A DNA stretch of 64,000 bases from Octopus bimaculoides (GCF_001194135.2 NC_068983.1:63301271-63365270), one strand, 5' to 3'; counted from the stretch's first letter, positions 12,694 to 26,219 are shown. Numbers and translations are program-made. The notes: generated by a model not told the origin, from the letters alone.

Positions 12694-13058
12694 ATATAAC
12701 TAATTTAGAGACAAACCACTACTCCATAACTCAGTCAATGAAGAACCCATCCAAAACCATGTTATGAGATATCTACCATACAAAATGCTAATCTAAAATT
12801 TTAATAATATATAATAATGAACAGTGAGATTATTACAATCGTATAATATATAAGAGCAAATACTTTAAAAATCACAGCGATTTTAAATGTATTTGCTCTT
12901 ATATATTATATGATTGTAATAATCTTACTGTTCATTATTATATATTATTAAAATTTTAGATTAGCATTTTGTATGGCATATATCTCATAACATGGTTTTG
13001 GATGGGTTCTTCATTGACTGAGTTGTGGAGTGGTGGTTTGTCTCTAAATTAGTTATAT
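12694..13058. repeat. Near-perfect foldback palindrome (about 180-bp arms, tiny loop) within TA-rich DNA
   Basis: ATATAACTAATTTAGAGACAAACC..GAGCAAATAC at 12694-12863 is mirrored by GTATTTGCTC..GGTTTGTCTCTAAATTAGTTATAT ending 13058. The centre is TTTAAAAATC-ACAGC-GATTTTAAA. Confidence 0.95.
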
Positions 13059-13109
13059 ACATATATTATATATTACGAAATTCGGTCTAATATTTTATAC
13101 TGAATTTTA

Positions 13110-14389
13110 CCTGTAAGGTTGGAATAATGATTGGTACTGTTTACAGTTCTTCATTATAACCTTGTCTATCACAAGGTGCTCTTAGATCCTTTTTGTGATA
13201 TGTGATCAGTGTAGCACTGCACCCTTAATGTTTTTGCCCACACACGTTGTTTTAGGGTTTCAACGCCAGTTTTGAACCCTTTCTTTTCTATTTGGTACTT
13301 CGTGTCATGATATACCCTTGTACTTTGTTTTCATTTTTCCATTGCCCTTTGGACCACTCTTCTATGCAGCTCAGATCTTTACTCAAAGTTAGAACATCAC
13401 CTTCAATTCTCCGATTCCACCATGGCTCCTTCTGTCCCTCTACTTTCCTCTCTTTCTCTCCAACCAGTTCACCTACTAAAATTGAAGTGGATCTGATCAA
13501 TTCCTTGATTTCTGTTAGATCTTTTGTCAGAATGTATTTCAGAATCTCATCAACTTTTTGGGTCATGTGTTTCACATTGCTATGGTTGAAGCTTCTTAAA
13601 TTCACTGACTAGGTCTCTATTCTTGTAATTATCATATCTTTGAGTCTTATCCTGAGGTTTCTCTGTTCCTCAGTCATATTCTCTTGTAATTCAGAGTTTT
13701 CTACATTATATTGATTGGCCAGTCTCTCCTCCACTGCAACTTCACCTTGGCTATGCATTCACTGATCTTCACCTACATTATTCTCCTCGAGATTATCACC
13801 ACTACAGAGGCTTTTCCTGATTGTCTGTATCTGGACCTCATTAAGAAAGCCTCTATTCCGAATTATTCTTACTTGATGCATGAGTCCATTTTCAGTAATC
13901 TGGATTATACCCAGCTGGTTCCAAAATTTTAATGCTCTTTTTCTAACAGCTTTATATTTGCCATTGTTCTTGTCTAGCAAGGCTTGTTCATGGCACTGGA
14001 TTGCCTTTTGGTTCATATCAACAGACCACTTGCATTTGTGAGCAAGTTGCAAATTTTGACCAGTACAAGGACTGTGTCTCATAGTATGGCTAGCAGTTGT
14101 TTGATTATGACCAGGCCCTCTCTGCTGCACAGTGGGGCATCTACCAGGTGCGGCACCTTCACCATTGGTTCCAGTCCCATTCACACCATTATCGTCATTT
14201 ATTTTGCTTGGTATTTTCACTCACTAATGAGGTGTGTTTTTAGGTTACTACCAACCAGTATTTTTATCAAGACACCATCTCTATCAAGGTAGTCCACCAA
14301 GGCACCAGGGTCCTTGCTCACCTAGTTTTGGACTCATAATGTTCCTTCTCCTAGGTTACTTACTACCCGAGATTAACAAGTGCCTATCA
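13110..14389 (-). mobile_element. Dong/R4-like retrotransposon 5' part (5' UTR plus N-terminal ORF), decayed
   Basis: RKRALKFWNQLGIIQITENGLMHQVRIIRNRGFLNEVQIQTIR and QKEPWWNRRIEGDVLTLSKDLS match R4/Dong N-terminal motifs. The 5' end directly follows a (TAA)n run. Confidence 0.75.
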
Positions 14390-14390
14390 C

Positions 14391-14430
<40 letters not shown>

Positions 14431-14456
14431 GTTATGATTATTATTATTATTATTAT

Positions 14457-14511
<55 letters not shown>
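14390..14511. repeat. Compound (ATT)n/(AGT)n microsatellite
   Basis: Directly visible. Confidence 0.98.
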
Positions 14512-14512
<1 letters not shown>

Positions 14513-14816
14513 TTCTGCTGTTCTTCATCCATTTCAGTACTGCCAATCATTACCTTGTCTCCTTTACCTTCCATGCAATCACTCACTCCAACCCTGTGCA
14601 CCATTCACATCCACCTCATTAACCCTACCCAATCTCTAGTTATAACCTACTCTCTCTCTACCTTTCCTCCAACGCATATTTATCACTGACTATTCCGCAA
14701 CGTTTGTTTTTACATTACTTTTCCCCCATCTCCACCCTAACACATCTCTAATCATCCTTGACTCTCCAAACTCTTGCAGCCTCTATCCACCTACATACAA
14801 AGGAAAAGACAGTTAT

Positions 14817-15225
14817 CTTTTACTTGTTTCAATCATTGGACTGCAGCCATGCTGGGGCACTTTTACTTTCAAAGGTTTAGTCAAGCAAATCAACCCCAGT
14901 GCTTATTTTTTTAATGTTTGGTGCATATTCTAACAGTCTGCTTTCCAAAACCACTAAATTATGATGGTGCAACCAAACCAACACTAGCTGTCAAACAGTG
15001 AGTTATAGTGGACATATACAAACACACATGCACGTACACACACACACACACACACACAGAGTATGGCTTTCACTCTGTTTCCATCTACCAAATTCACTCA
15101 CACGTTGTTGATCGACCAGAGGTTATAGTAGAAGACACCTGTTCAAGGTGCTACACAGTGGACTTAATTCAGTATCATTTGGTTGCAAAGTGAGTTTCTT
15201 ATCCACATAGCCGTGTCTGCACTCC
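14817..15225 (-). mobile_element. SINE family B, diverged copy
   Basis: Tail TTTTACTTGTTTCAATCATTGGACTGCAGCCATGCTGG, internal (CA)n, head remnant. Confidence 0.75.
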
Positions 15226-15897
15226 TCAAACACTGAAGGCTAAAAACCAACCTTTTTGAATTTTCATTCACCTTCCCATCCCTTCCAGCAAGAATATATA
15301 GAAGACATGAAAATAGAAGGTTTCAGCTGCATTACTCTTTATGACCAGGTTCCCAGCTTCACATTATATACATGCTCAGTATATTATTGTCATGAACCTA
15401 GCATTTCAGTAAATATCAAAGCATGACAATAGTTAACTAAAGTAATTATGATAAATAAAACTACAAAAGCAGCAATGCCAACCTCAACAACAACAGAACT
15501 AAATATATCCATTGGTGAGACAATGGCTGAACATTATTATTTGAGTTCAATGACTGTATTTTCCCTGAATTATTTGAAATTGATAACTATTACAAGAGAC
15601 AAATCAACCTCAGAAGAGAAGCAAATGCAATATAAAATAGGTTGGCTTTTGCAATCTAAGAGTATATATTCTTTTGTTCGTCTTTCTTTGAAGTAAATTT
15701 TTCTACATCAATTCATATCTAAACCTACAGATATACCATACAAATTCAGATAAGATATTATGCACACATATTCTATCCACACTTCTTTTATTTAGATATG
15801 ATAAAACTTCATTATCTGAATGAATATGCAATATTTACATCTGTCACCACATAGTTACATCCTTCTGTATCTACACATACAGGAACATGTGTGAATA

Positions 15898-15899
<2 letters not shown>

Positions 15900-15978
<79 letters not shown>
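15900..15978. repeat. (TG)n microsatellite, about 39 units
   Basis: Directly visible. Confidence 0.98.
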
Positions 15979-15980
<2 letters not shown>

Positions 15981-17084
15981 TATATTATAATGGAGAATGC
16001 TGCTTATTAATTAGGTATGTAACAGTTACTAAAAGAAAGTAATTATAAAGACTTGACCGTCTGGAAATGTTTTTATAAATACATGTTCCAAGAAGTTTCC
16101 TGTAATTTCAATTACTGAAGTTTATTGACTATTTGAACTACAAGTTTTTTACAAATTTAAATATTTGTTGTATTCACTGTGGAGTAGATTTTAATTTTTA
16201 ATAAATAATATTAATTCATTGCAAGTAAAATTTTCCATCTCTAAATCTCTCTTGCTTCTATTTTCATTGATGATAATTTAATATATATTCATTTCAATGT
16301 TTTCATTTCAAGTTTTAATCTGTTATTTGCAAAACCCACAGTTTGGGGCACAATTTCAAAATTAATTTCAGCTTCCAGAGTTTGTTAAATGAATATTTTG
16401 ATAAAATGAAAATTTCTTAATATACTACTATAATTTTTTTTTAAATGTTAAGAAATGATTTTGTTGGTATAGCTGTTTGGAATGTTATAAGCTTTACAAT
16501 AATAACTATGTGATCGCTGCTATTTCTAGCATGCTAAATGTAGTTGGGTTGCCTTGAAGTTTGTTTAAATTAGAGACATATGACAACTACGATAAATTAC
16601 TGAAAGAAATATTTACTAAGCAAGTGAGATTTTTTATAAATTGACATTTTCAGGAAAATTTACTTTCTGAACTTCCTTTTATTATTGAATATTTCAAGTT
16701 CACAACTTTAAATATTCAGTACAAGAGAGTTTTTATCAAGCTTCTATTTATATGATTTTTTTTCATTTTCTGTTTATTTCATTCATTATTTGCAATGTTC
16801 TCTCTCCTCTTTCTCTTTCTCTCTCACACAAACAAACACACTGTCTATCTAATATAAAGGCACACATTGTCTCTGTAATTTAAACACAAACACACTCATG
16901 GTTTGATTTCATTATTACACAAATATCACATTAGTAGAAGTTTGCAATTCAACAAAATATTATTAGAATTGGGAATCAAATATGAAAATATTATCAAGTG
17001 GCTAGCAGAAAACCGCTCAGAGGGCAGTCTTTCTGCTAGTATATATAAATTGTATGTATGTACATTTATGTATATATAAGAAGT

Positions 17085-17520
17085 GTACCAAAAGTAATTC
17101 AGCTGTGTGCATGACTTCTCTATTAATTCACATAACTTTTCATTCGCAGTAACCCTTCTTCCAGTTCTTTTTCATTGCAGTAAATACTAGGTTCCAAACA
17201 GCATGTGATTAGTGAGTTCTTAACAAAGGGAGGAGTCTCTGTTGTTCAACATCCACAGAGAGTTATAGGTTGTTTGTAGGGATGACATCATTGACAAGTG
17301 CAATGTGCACAGATGGATGGAGTTTAAAGGGAAAACCAACATTGAAGACAAACCATGTAATGGGGATTTTCAACTGCTTCCACTGACACAAATCACTGGT
17401 GAGTGACTGGTATACTTCACATGGATAGACATGTTACACCACATGAGCTTGATGCACAAAATGATTACGGAAGATGATAGACGGCTTTAGGTATTGGAAA
17501 GTATTAATTCAGGTACAGAT
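17085..17520 (+). mobile_element. mariner transposase N-terminal remnant
   Basis: TGGATGGAGTTTAAAGGGAAAACCAACATTGAAGACAAACCATGTAATGGG translates to W.EFKG.TNIEDKPCNG, similar to the mariner W...FK.G...LED.PRSGRP motif. Confidence 0.6.
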
Positions 17521-18655
17521 TAATTGAACAACTGAATCCTTAATGTTGAACAAGGAAAATCCACTAAAAATATATATATATCAACACACACATACACAAC
17601 ACACACACAAACACACACACAAACACACACACACACACAAATTTACATAAGCACACTCATAAGCATATAAATGACATGTACAAAATGTGCAAAAGATAAG
17701 GCTGTAGAAGAAAACAAAAAAAAAATGCATAGCAGGTTATGAGAAACACTAATCTATGAAGTTTAATAAATTCAATCTTATATAGTGTGCAAGTGCATGT
17801 GTTTGTGCTTATGTGTGTATTAGAATAAACAAGTGTAATTTATGTGTAAGTGTACATATGCATATATATATGCCATGCATTTATTACTGCTTTAAATGTT
17901 TTGTAATGAATAGAAAAATGAATATAAAACAAAATATAAAAGATATTATGAATATAAAATCATTCCAAAATTAAAACACAAATATATAAAAATGATTATG
18001 ATGTGTGTAGATGTGCTTATGAATGTGTATATACATGTTTGCATATCAGTGTGTATTAATTCAAGAAGAATATAAAAATGATCTGCAACTGTAAGAATAT
18101 TTGGATGTTTCAGATAAAGATTGTATTAAAGAGAATTGTTGGTGATCCCTAAATTTAAATTGCAAACACCAGCAACAAAGCTAATATCGTTTTAAGTAGC
18201 TTAAACTAGATAGAAATTTCAGAATGAAAGTATGCTGGCTACATTATGCTCACATAAGGTAGTGAATAGAATTGATGCAAATTAAAAAAGAAAAGAATAT
18301 GCTAAATTTGATTTTTTCTAAAATGTTATCAGTTTGAGTAGGCTACATCTGTCTTCAGTTATCTTTCAAATCTAAAATTTTCATTGACAAATATAATAAT
18401 CATTTCAATATTTGGAAAAATATTATTTTGGCTTGCATTCTTCCCTCTGGGTAACTTTTGACTATGTCAATTATATCTGTGTGCATGAGAGAGAGAAAGA
18501 TGGGGATTAGTGTATTGTTCCACTTAAATAATATTGGATAATACAACTTTTGATGATATATCTAAGACTTATTTGCAACTAAATTAACAAGTATTGAACT
18601 CAAAACTCACACTAGTCTGCCTATTGCACCAATGTTTTGCTTTATGACACTCCCT

Positions 18656-18986
18656 AGTCCCACTGCGTGGCACCTTCGGCAAGTGTCTCCTTCATAGCCT
18701 TGGCCCAACCAAAGCCTCGTGAATGGATTTGGTAGACGGAAACTGAAAGAAGCCCATTGTATATATATACATGTATGTATTTGTGTGTCTGTGTTTGTCC
18801 CCCCGCCATCGCTTGACAACCGATGTTGGTATGTTTACATCTCCATAACATAGCAGTTCAGCAAGAGAGACCGATAGAATAAGTACTAGGCTTACAAAGA
18901 ATAAGTCCTGGGGTCAATTTATTCAATTAAAGGTGGTACTCCAGCATGGCCAGTCAAATGACTGAAACAAGTAAAAGAATAAAAGA
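18656..18986 (+). mobile_element. SINE family B, 5'-truncated
   Basis: Begins within the B box (AGTCCCACTGCGTGGCACC) and has the full 3' tail. Confidence 0.85.
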
Positions 18987-19919
18987 AAACCCACATTCCG
19001 GTGCCTTAGAAGTTACATCTATTCATGGGTATATTTGAGGCAATGATTACAAATATGCCATTAGTTTTGCTATATCAGCTCTAGCTTGAAGACACAGACT
19101 ACCCCTTTATTCATATGCTGAAATGTTAGAGACTGAATTCACCTTACATTTTGGTGCCTTAGAATCTCAACCTATTCTTGGGTATATCTAGAGTGATGTT
19201 TCTAACTGGCAACAGTTTTGTTATGTCAACTCTTATTAATTAATGGTCCGCTACTTTGACACAAAAGCAACAATACTAATACTGTTATGTTTAGTAATTT
19301 ACTATGTTTAGAATAACAGTTATTAAAACAACAATTTGGTAATGCACTGTTATTAAAATAACAATACGTTACCAAACTGATTAATTTCAGGACAAAAGTT
19401 TAAAATGGCTTAAAAGCAGAGAAAAGCTTAAAAAGCATTAAATAAAAATAAAAAAACTGTCTCCTTTGGTTACTTATGCAGTAAATTCCCTAAAGTTAAT
19501 ACATAATAACTTAAAGCAGAGACTTTTATGGTCTCCAGTTAAGAGAGCTTATAAAAGATCCACATTTCATAAATTCACTGAACATCACTGAGATCTGAGC
19601 ATGAACTTCAGTTGTTCTATTTGTCAAAATCTTTCTTGATGCTTTTTAATAAGAATAAACTTAATTGTACCATGAGCATCAATACATTATCTCCACAATC
19701 GCTTGATTAAAGTGAAGAACAAGGAAAATGATTTCATCAGAATATAAAAACAATAGAAGAGAGGTAACAAGAAAATGTCGGATATACACATAATTTTTTT
19801 ATCAGAACTGCCCTGGTATATCTTCATCTAGATTCTAGATATTCCCAACCAATTGTTGGCCATACCCCAAATCATTTCTAAAATCCTGATGCCGCCTTAT
19901 GATATTTATATATATATAT

Positions 19920-19994
<75 letters not shown>

Positions 19995-20008
19995 CACATA
20001 CACACACA

Positions 20009-20937
20009 CTGTATATACTTGAGTGATCGTCAATCTCATGTAAAAGTTGACGTCCTACTTTAGGCCCAAAAATTGGGAACTTTTCATAGACCTCATATAT
20101 AAGTCAACCCTAGTATTTCACAAATAACAGGACAACATTTGTGGGTCAAGGCAATGTATTATCCTGTATGTAGAAATAACACTGTTACAAAATTGTGTGG
20201 CTACCTTACTGTAGCCTGCTCCATAGGGGAAATGCTTAATGCTTACAATGGAATGCTCAGTGCTTATAGTAAAACACCATTTAATAGCAAGCACTACACA
20301 TTTGTTGATGGGTGCTACATCACCATTACTAAAATGTATGCCCAGGATATGCTGCAAGCTCACACACATCTTCAAGCACAATAAACACATGTCATACACT
20401 CATTGCTTATTTAGTGAGAACTGTGTTTCACAGACAGCACTATTGGCGAACACTGGCAAACACTACAGTCTAAATTCATACAAAGACATGACTTTAGTAA
20501 GTCTAAAACCATTTTCATTTGACCTTTATATTTTCCTCATCTCCAAGTACAATAAAGACATGCATCATATGCTTGTCTTTTTACCTGGTTAGAAACGTGT
20601 TTCACAGACAGCACTACTGGCGAACAACAGGAAACACCACTGCACGACATCCTGCAACCTTTTTTTTTAAAAGAGAAATTGTAAATATTTATAAAAGTCA
20701 TGTGGTCTTGTTTATGGGTTTTGTTATTTACTAGGATGTGAGTTTTGATGCATAGAATTGGTAATATTACTGTAATTCATTGTGTTTTTGTTTTTATTTG
20801 CTTGCTGTTGATACAGTACTTCAGATTCTAGCTTGAATTTCAGCCTCTCAAAAGTAGTATCCATGTAATAGTCGACCCCATACATTTGACCCTAAAAAAT
20901 GGTCTAAAACATTCAACTTTTACATGAATATATACAG
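20009..20937. mobile_element. pogo/Tigger-like non-autonomous DNA transposon remnant
   Basis: Ends CTGTATATACTT..CATGTAAAAGTTGA and TCAACTTTTACATGAATATATACAG|TA form imperfect TIRs with subterminal repeats. Confidence 0.55.
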
Positions 20938-21097
20938 TAAATATTATTATGTCTAGGGGAAGTCATTCTGTTTTAATGCCTTGTTAATTAACACAATCAC
21001 TGGTTCAATTTCCACTTATTTATTTTTTCTAAAATGTTCATTGCTTCTTTGTAACCTCTTCAATAATCGATGACATGCTCTCTCTCTCTCACTCTCT

Positions 21098-21147
<50 letters not shown>

Positions 21148-21368
21148 ATTACTGGTAAGAGATTATTAATCTGAGCAAAATACTTCATAAGCTCTCTGTA
21201 GGCACACTAGGCTAACAGTATTGTTTAGATTAGTGAAGAACTCCAAGTATTATTATAGCAGGGTCTGAGGTTATAGTTCATCACCATCCTATATTGTAAA
21301 CCCATGGCTGTGTCCCAATCAAACTGGTTTTTCACAGAGTAATATACAAGACAAGGTATAAATAATGG

Positions 21369-21740
21369 TCATTACATATTTTTCCTTTGTTGCAGTAAAT
21401 TTGGTTGACAACTCTTTACACTAGTCATTATAAGTATATTACCGATAGGTTTCTCAATTGGTCTATTGATCAGTTGAGAAAAGTTGAATGGCCTAAAAAG
21501 TTAGTGCTGCTTTCGTCAGAGCTATTTCTGGTTGCAACAAAGCAGAACACTGAAGGAATGTGTTCTGCTTTGTTATGACCAGAAATGGCTCTGACAAAAC
21601 CAGCATTAATTTCTTAGGTCATTCAACTTTCTCAACTGATCAATAGGCCAATTGAGAAACCTATCAGTAATGAACCTATAATTACTACTGGAAACAGCTG
21701 TAAGCCAAATTTATTCCAATAAAGGAAAAATATGTAATGA
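21369..21740. repeat. Foldback palindrome (about 180-bp diverged arms, 9-nt loop)
   Basis: TCATTACATATTTTTCCTTT..AGCAGAACAC | TGAAGGAAT | GTGTTCTGCT..AAAGGAAAAATATGTAATGA. Confidence 0.92.
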
Positions 21741-21774
21741 ACATTATTTATAAATTGTCTAAAAAAATTCATTG

Positions 21775-22710
21775 CAGTGAAACATTGGCTGTGACTGCTG
21801 AGGACATGCGTAAGCTTGCTAGAAATGAAGCCAGTATACTCCGCTGGATGTGTAATGTCAGAGTGCATACACGACAGAGTGCATACACGACAGAGTGCAT
21901 CCACGACAGAGTGTAAGCACCCTGAGAGAAAAGTTGGACATAAGAAGCAGCAGATGTTGTGTGTAAGAGAGACTGCTGTGCTAGTATGGTCATGTGTTTT
22001 GTATGGATGAGAACACCTGTGTGAAAAAGTGTCACATCCTAAAGTGGAGGGAACCTGTGGAAGAGGTAGATCCATGAAGACCTGGGATGAGGTGGTGAAG
22101 CATGACATTTGAACATTGGGCTTCACGAAGGTAATGACAAGTGACCAAGACCTTTGGTGATATGCTGTGTTTGAGAAGACCCAGCAAGCCAGGTAAGATC
22201 GTAGCCGTGGTTTATGCCAGTGTCGCATAACCGGGCCATTGCACAATAAACTGTGCTTGAGAAGACCTGTTGAGTCAAGTGAAATCAATGTCGCGGCCAA
22301 TGCCAGTACTGCATGACTGGCACCCATGCTGGTGGCACGTAAAAAGCACCATTTGAGTGTGGTCAATGCCAGTCTCTTCATACCTGCTCCTGTGCCACTG
22401 GCATGTAAAATGCAACATTCGAACATGGTCAATGCCAGTGCCACTTGACTAGCTCCCATGCTGGTGGCACATAAAAAGCACCATTCGAGCATGGTCACTG
22501 CCAGTGCTGCCTGACTGGCTCTTGTGCTGGTGGCATGTAAAAAGCACCTACTACACTCTTGAAGTGGTTGGCATTAGGAAGGGCATCCAGCTGTAGAAAC
22601 ATTGCCAGACCAGATTGCAGCCTGGTGCAGCCTTCTGGCTTGCCAGTCCTCAATCAAACCATCCAAACCATGCCAGTATGGAAAGTGGACGCTAAACGAT
22701 GATGATGATG
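21775..22710 (+). mobile_element. 5'-truncated RTE LINE: ORF C-terminus, tandem-repeat 3' UTR and (GAT)n tail
   Basis: RNEASILRWMCNV..EGTCGRGRSMKTWDEVVKHDI..LW*YAVFEKT is followed directly by repeated GCTGGTGGCACGTAAAAAGCACC units and the family A tail. Confidence 0.9.
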
Positions 22711-23088
22711 TCTTATACATATATGAAACATAAATGGACACTGTGCTTAGACTTGGGTCCCATCCCTAAGCAGCCCCATTTTGTTGATGCAAATATAAAA
22801 ATAATTGAAAATGTGCAACACTTTTGGTTCAAACAAATTTCAGATAAGGAATTATCAGCATTGATATAATCGTCAAATTTACATTAAAATAGCAGCTCAT
22901 TTATTAATCAAAGGCAGTATGCTGCATATGCGTCGATCAATGACAGATAAAGGAGTTTCTATGCAGAATGTTGTTTAGTTGACAGTGACTTCAAAGTTTT
23001 GCTGGTGGTGGCTTGTTCAAATCATGAGTTTAAGGCCAAATTTAACATTAGATTCTATACATTTAAAACACTTCTCTTTGACTACATG

Positions 23089-23119
<31 letters not shown>

Positions 23120-23217
23120 CACACACACACACACATATATATATACATATATATATACATAGAACAGGATAGAGAGGTGAGGTGAGAATATAAACACACA
23201 TATATATTTATATATAT

Positions 23218-23379
23218 GGCGCAGGAGCGGCTGTGTGGTAAGTAGCTTGCTTACCAACTACATGGTTCCGGGTTCAGTCCCACTGTGTGGCACCTTGGGC
23301 AAGTGTCTTCTACAATAGCCTCGGGCCGACCAAAGCCTTCTAAGTGGATTTGATAGACGGAAATTGAAAGAAGCTTGTC

Positions 23380-23413
<34 letters not shown>

Positions 23414-23614
23414 CTGCATTTGTCCCCCCACCATTGCTTGACAACCGATGGTGGTGTGTTTATGTCCCCATAACTTAGCAGTTCGGCAAAAGAGACCAAT
23501 AGAATAAGTACTAGGCTTACAAAGAATAAGTCCTGGGATCGATTTGTTCGACTAAAGGCGGTGCTCCAGCATAGCCACAGTCAAATGACTGAAACAAATC
23601 GAAGAATAAAAGAA
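23218..23614 (+). mobile_element. SINE family B, full length
   Basis: A box TGGCTGTGTGG-like, B box GGTTCAGTCCC, central (TG)n, tail CAGTCAAATGACTGAAACAAAT. Confidence 0.9.
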
Positions 23615-23618
23615 TATA

Positions 23619-24741
23619 CAGTAGCAGTCATAATATAAGGGTCAGTAAGAACAAGTGTATTGAAATATTTATTATTAACAACATGTTGAGACAAAATATT
23701 TTAATGATGGAGAAATATTGATCATTTGTTTTTCAATAATCCCCAGAGTTCTTCCAATAATCTTCCAACCATTTTCTATAGGGTTGAGATCGGGACTTTG
23801 AGGTGGCCAGTCCATGAGATCAACCCCTTCATCACTCTTTGACTTTCTTCACAGTGTAACAAAGAGTGTTGTCCTGCACAAAAATAGGAAGTTGAACTGA
23901 CATAGATCGGAGATGTGGAAGGGTATGCTGTCTAAGAATCTGTTTGTAGATTTCAGCATTGAAAGTCCCTTGTAGGCGAATAAGTGGACTAAGACCAGCA
24001 TCAGAGATCACTCCTCATACCATTACACTGCCTCCTCCATATTTCACTGTCTTCTTCAAATATGCACGAAATAACCTTTCGTCACTTTTTCGCTGGACGT
24101 ATATCCCACCATCAGAACTAATCACATTAAACTTTAATTCATCGTTAAAATGAACCTGCAACCACTGTTCTTATGTAAAAATGACATGTTCATAAGCAAA
24201 ATGAAAACAGACTCTTTGATTCTTCTTGGAGATTAGAGGTTTCTTTGCCAGTGCCCAAGCAAGCAACCCAGAACCTTGTAACCTCCGAGAAGATGTTTTA
24301 CGCGATATGTTGACATTGAAAGTGGAACTAAACTCGCGGGATATCTCAGCAGCACTCTCAAACCTATCTTTCAGTGACATTCTAACCATAATACGATCCT
24401 GTCTTGGTGAAGTTTTACAAGGTCTACCAGTTTTGGGTTTAGCATCTGTCGATCCTGATGACTTAAAATGAGCTACAATTCATTGCACAACTTCTAGACC
24501 TTCCTACAATAGTTGCTATCACAGAATTTGACTTGCCTTCTTGGTGAAGGTACACAATCCTTTGTTTTTCATCACAGGACAGCAGTCGTCTCTCACAAGC
24601 TGCCATGTTAACAGTTGAATGTTTCAATAATGTAAGATCATAAGAAGTAACTGTTAGCCCATTAACAGTCTTCTAAATAAGAAATACTTTGGTTAGAAGT
24701 TAATTTTTTTCTAAGTGACCCTTAACTTCTGGCCACTACAG
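23619..24741 (-). mobile_element. Tc1 transposon, decayed, with imperfect TIRs
   Basis: Peptides RMSLKDRFESAAEISREF..SRRLQGSGL..AKKPLISKKNQR and DWPPQSPDLNPIEN. TIRs CAGTAGCAGTCATAATATAAGGGTC and CTGTAGTGGCCAGAAGTTAAGGGTC (reverse complement). Confidence 0.9.
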
Positions 24742-25019
24742 ATTGGAAGATTGTTTATCTCCTCATAGCCTTACAAAACATTTATTCCATTCAGATGAAA
24801 TTTTTACAAAAGATAGATATTAGATATGTCTAAATATGTGTAAAATATCTAGTCTCAATGTGTTGTTAATCTTCTGTAAGAACTATTTCAATACACTTGT
24901 TCCTACTGACCCTTATATTATGTATGTGTTACTTTGAAGTTGACAAATTCTCCATTACTTCAAGCTTTTCAGAGTGGCAAAGAACTTCTTTCAATGTGCT
25001 CTCTTTCTCTCTCTTACCC

Positions 25020-25066
<47 letters not shown>

Positions 25067-25146
25067 NNNNNNNNNNNNNNNNNNNNNNNNNNNNNNNNNN
25101 NNNNNNNNNNNNNNNNNNNNNNNNNNNNNNNNNNNNNNNNNNNNNG

Positions 25147-25189
<43 letters not shown>

Positions 25190-25190
25190 G

Positions 25191-25228
<38 letters not shown>

Positions 25229-26219
25229 TAGTAGAGTTAGAGGTTGGAATAACCATCTAAGGGATAAAAGTATCTGTTAACCCTGGACATACATATGCAA
25301 GCATATTATGCTCATAGATTAGAGGTAATAACAAAAATAAACATGAATTTATCAGGAATCAAATATGATGAATATAATTTTTTGAATATCAATTGCAATA
25401 CCATATAACAGCTGTTAGATGGGATACAGTGTATTTGTACTGAATTAAAGAATAATGATTGATGTAAGTCAATTATTGTTGATAAATGTTTCTCCATTTT
25501 CTGTTTACTTTAAATTTCATATATATATATATATATATACACATACACAGTTTTGATTTATGTCCACTTTCCATGCTGCAATGAGTTGGGCAATTCAACA
25601 TGATCCAATTGGCTCAGTTGACATCCCCCATTCTTCCAATGCCTCTGTTCTGGTTTGAATTCTATGGATCAATGCCATTCTTAATGCCAACCACTTTAAA
25701 GAATGAACTGGGTGCTTGTTTTGTGGTACTTCCACCATGTGTGTGTGTGTGTATGTGTGTGTGTGTGCGCATGCGTGCATGAGTATGAGCAAAGCAGTGG
25801 CCATGAACCTTTACAAGGCCTCTGAGACTAATGGGGTAGGGAGAGAGGAGACTATCCTCAAACTGGAGACCTGCTTGTCTCTCCACTCCAAATGTTTGCA
25901 ACAGAGACTCCACTGAAGATACCCAAGACGTTAGGTGTTGGTGTTCAATCAGATTAAGTCTAGTGTTGGTGTGTATGTGTATGTATAATGTATGTATATA
26001 TACATATGTTTGTATATAATTCACAGTTACTTACACAATACATCCTATATATATATATATATATCCATATAATGATAGGAATTGCATGTGTATTTGCCTT
26101 TATAAGTCTAAAATACTCATTCTATTGATAATCATCTAATCATGTGAAAAATTCCCCATAAGAGATTATTTGAAAGAATATTACAATCGCACAAATTTCA
26201 TTCAAGTCACAAGAGAAAT

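Noticed and set aside
14356-14622. Poly-T/poly-N and poly-I/poly-S ORFs, and the similar poly-D/E/M/H ORFs at 42576, 47765 and 61294-61639
   Set aside because: They are translations of trinucleotide microsatellites, mostly LINE tails.
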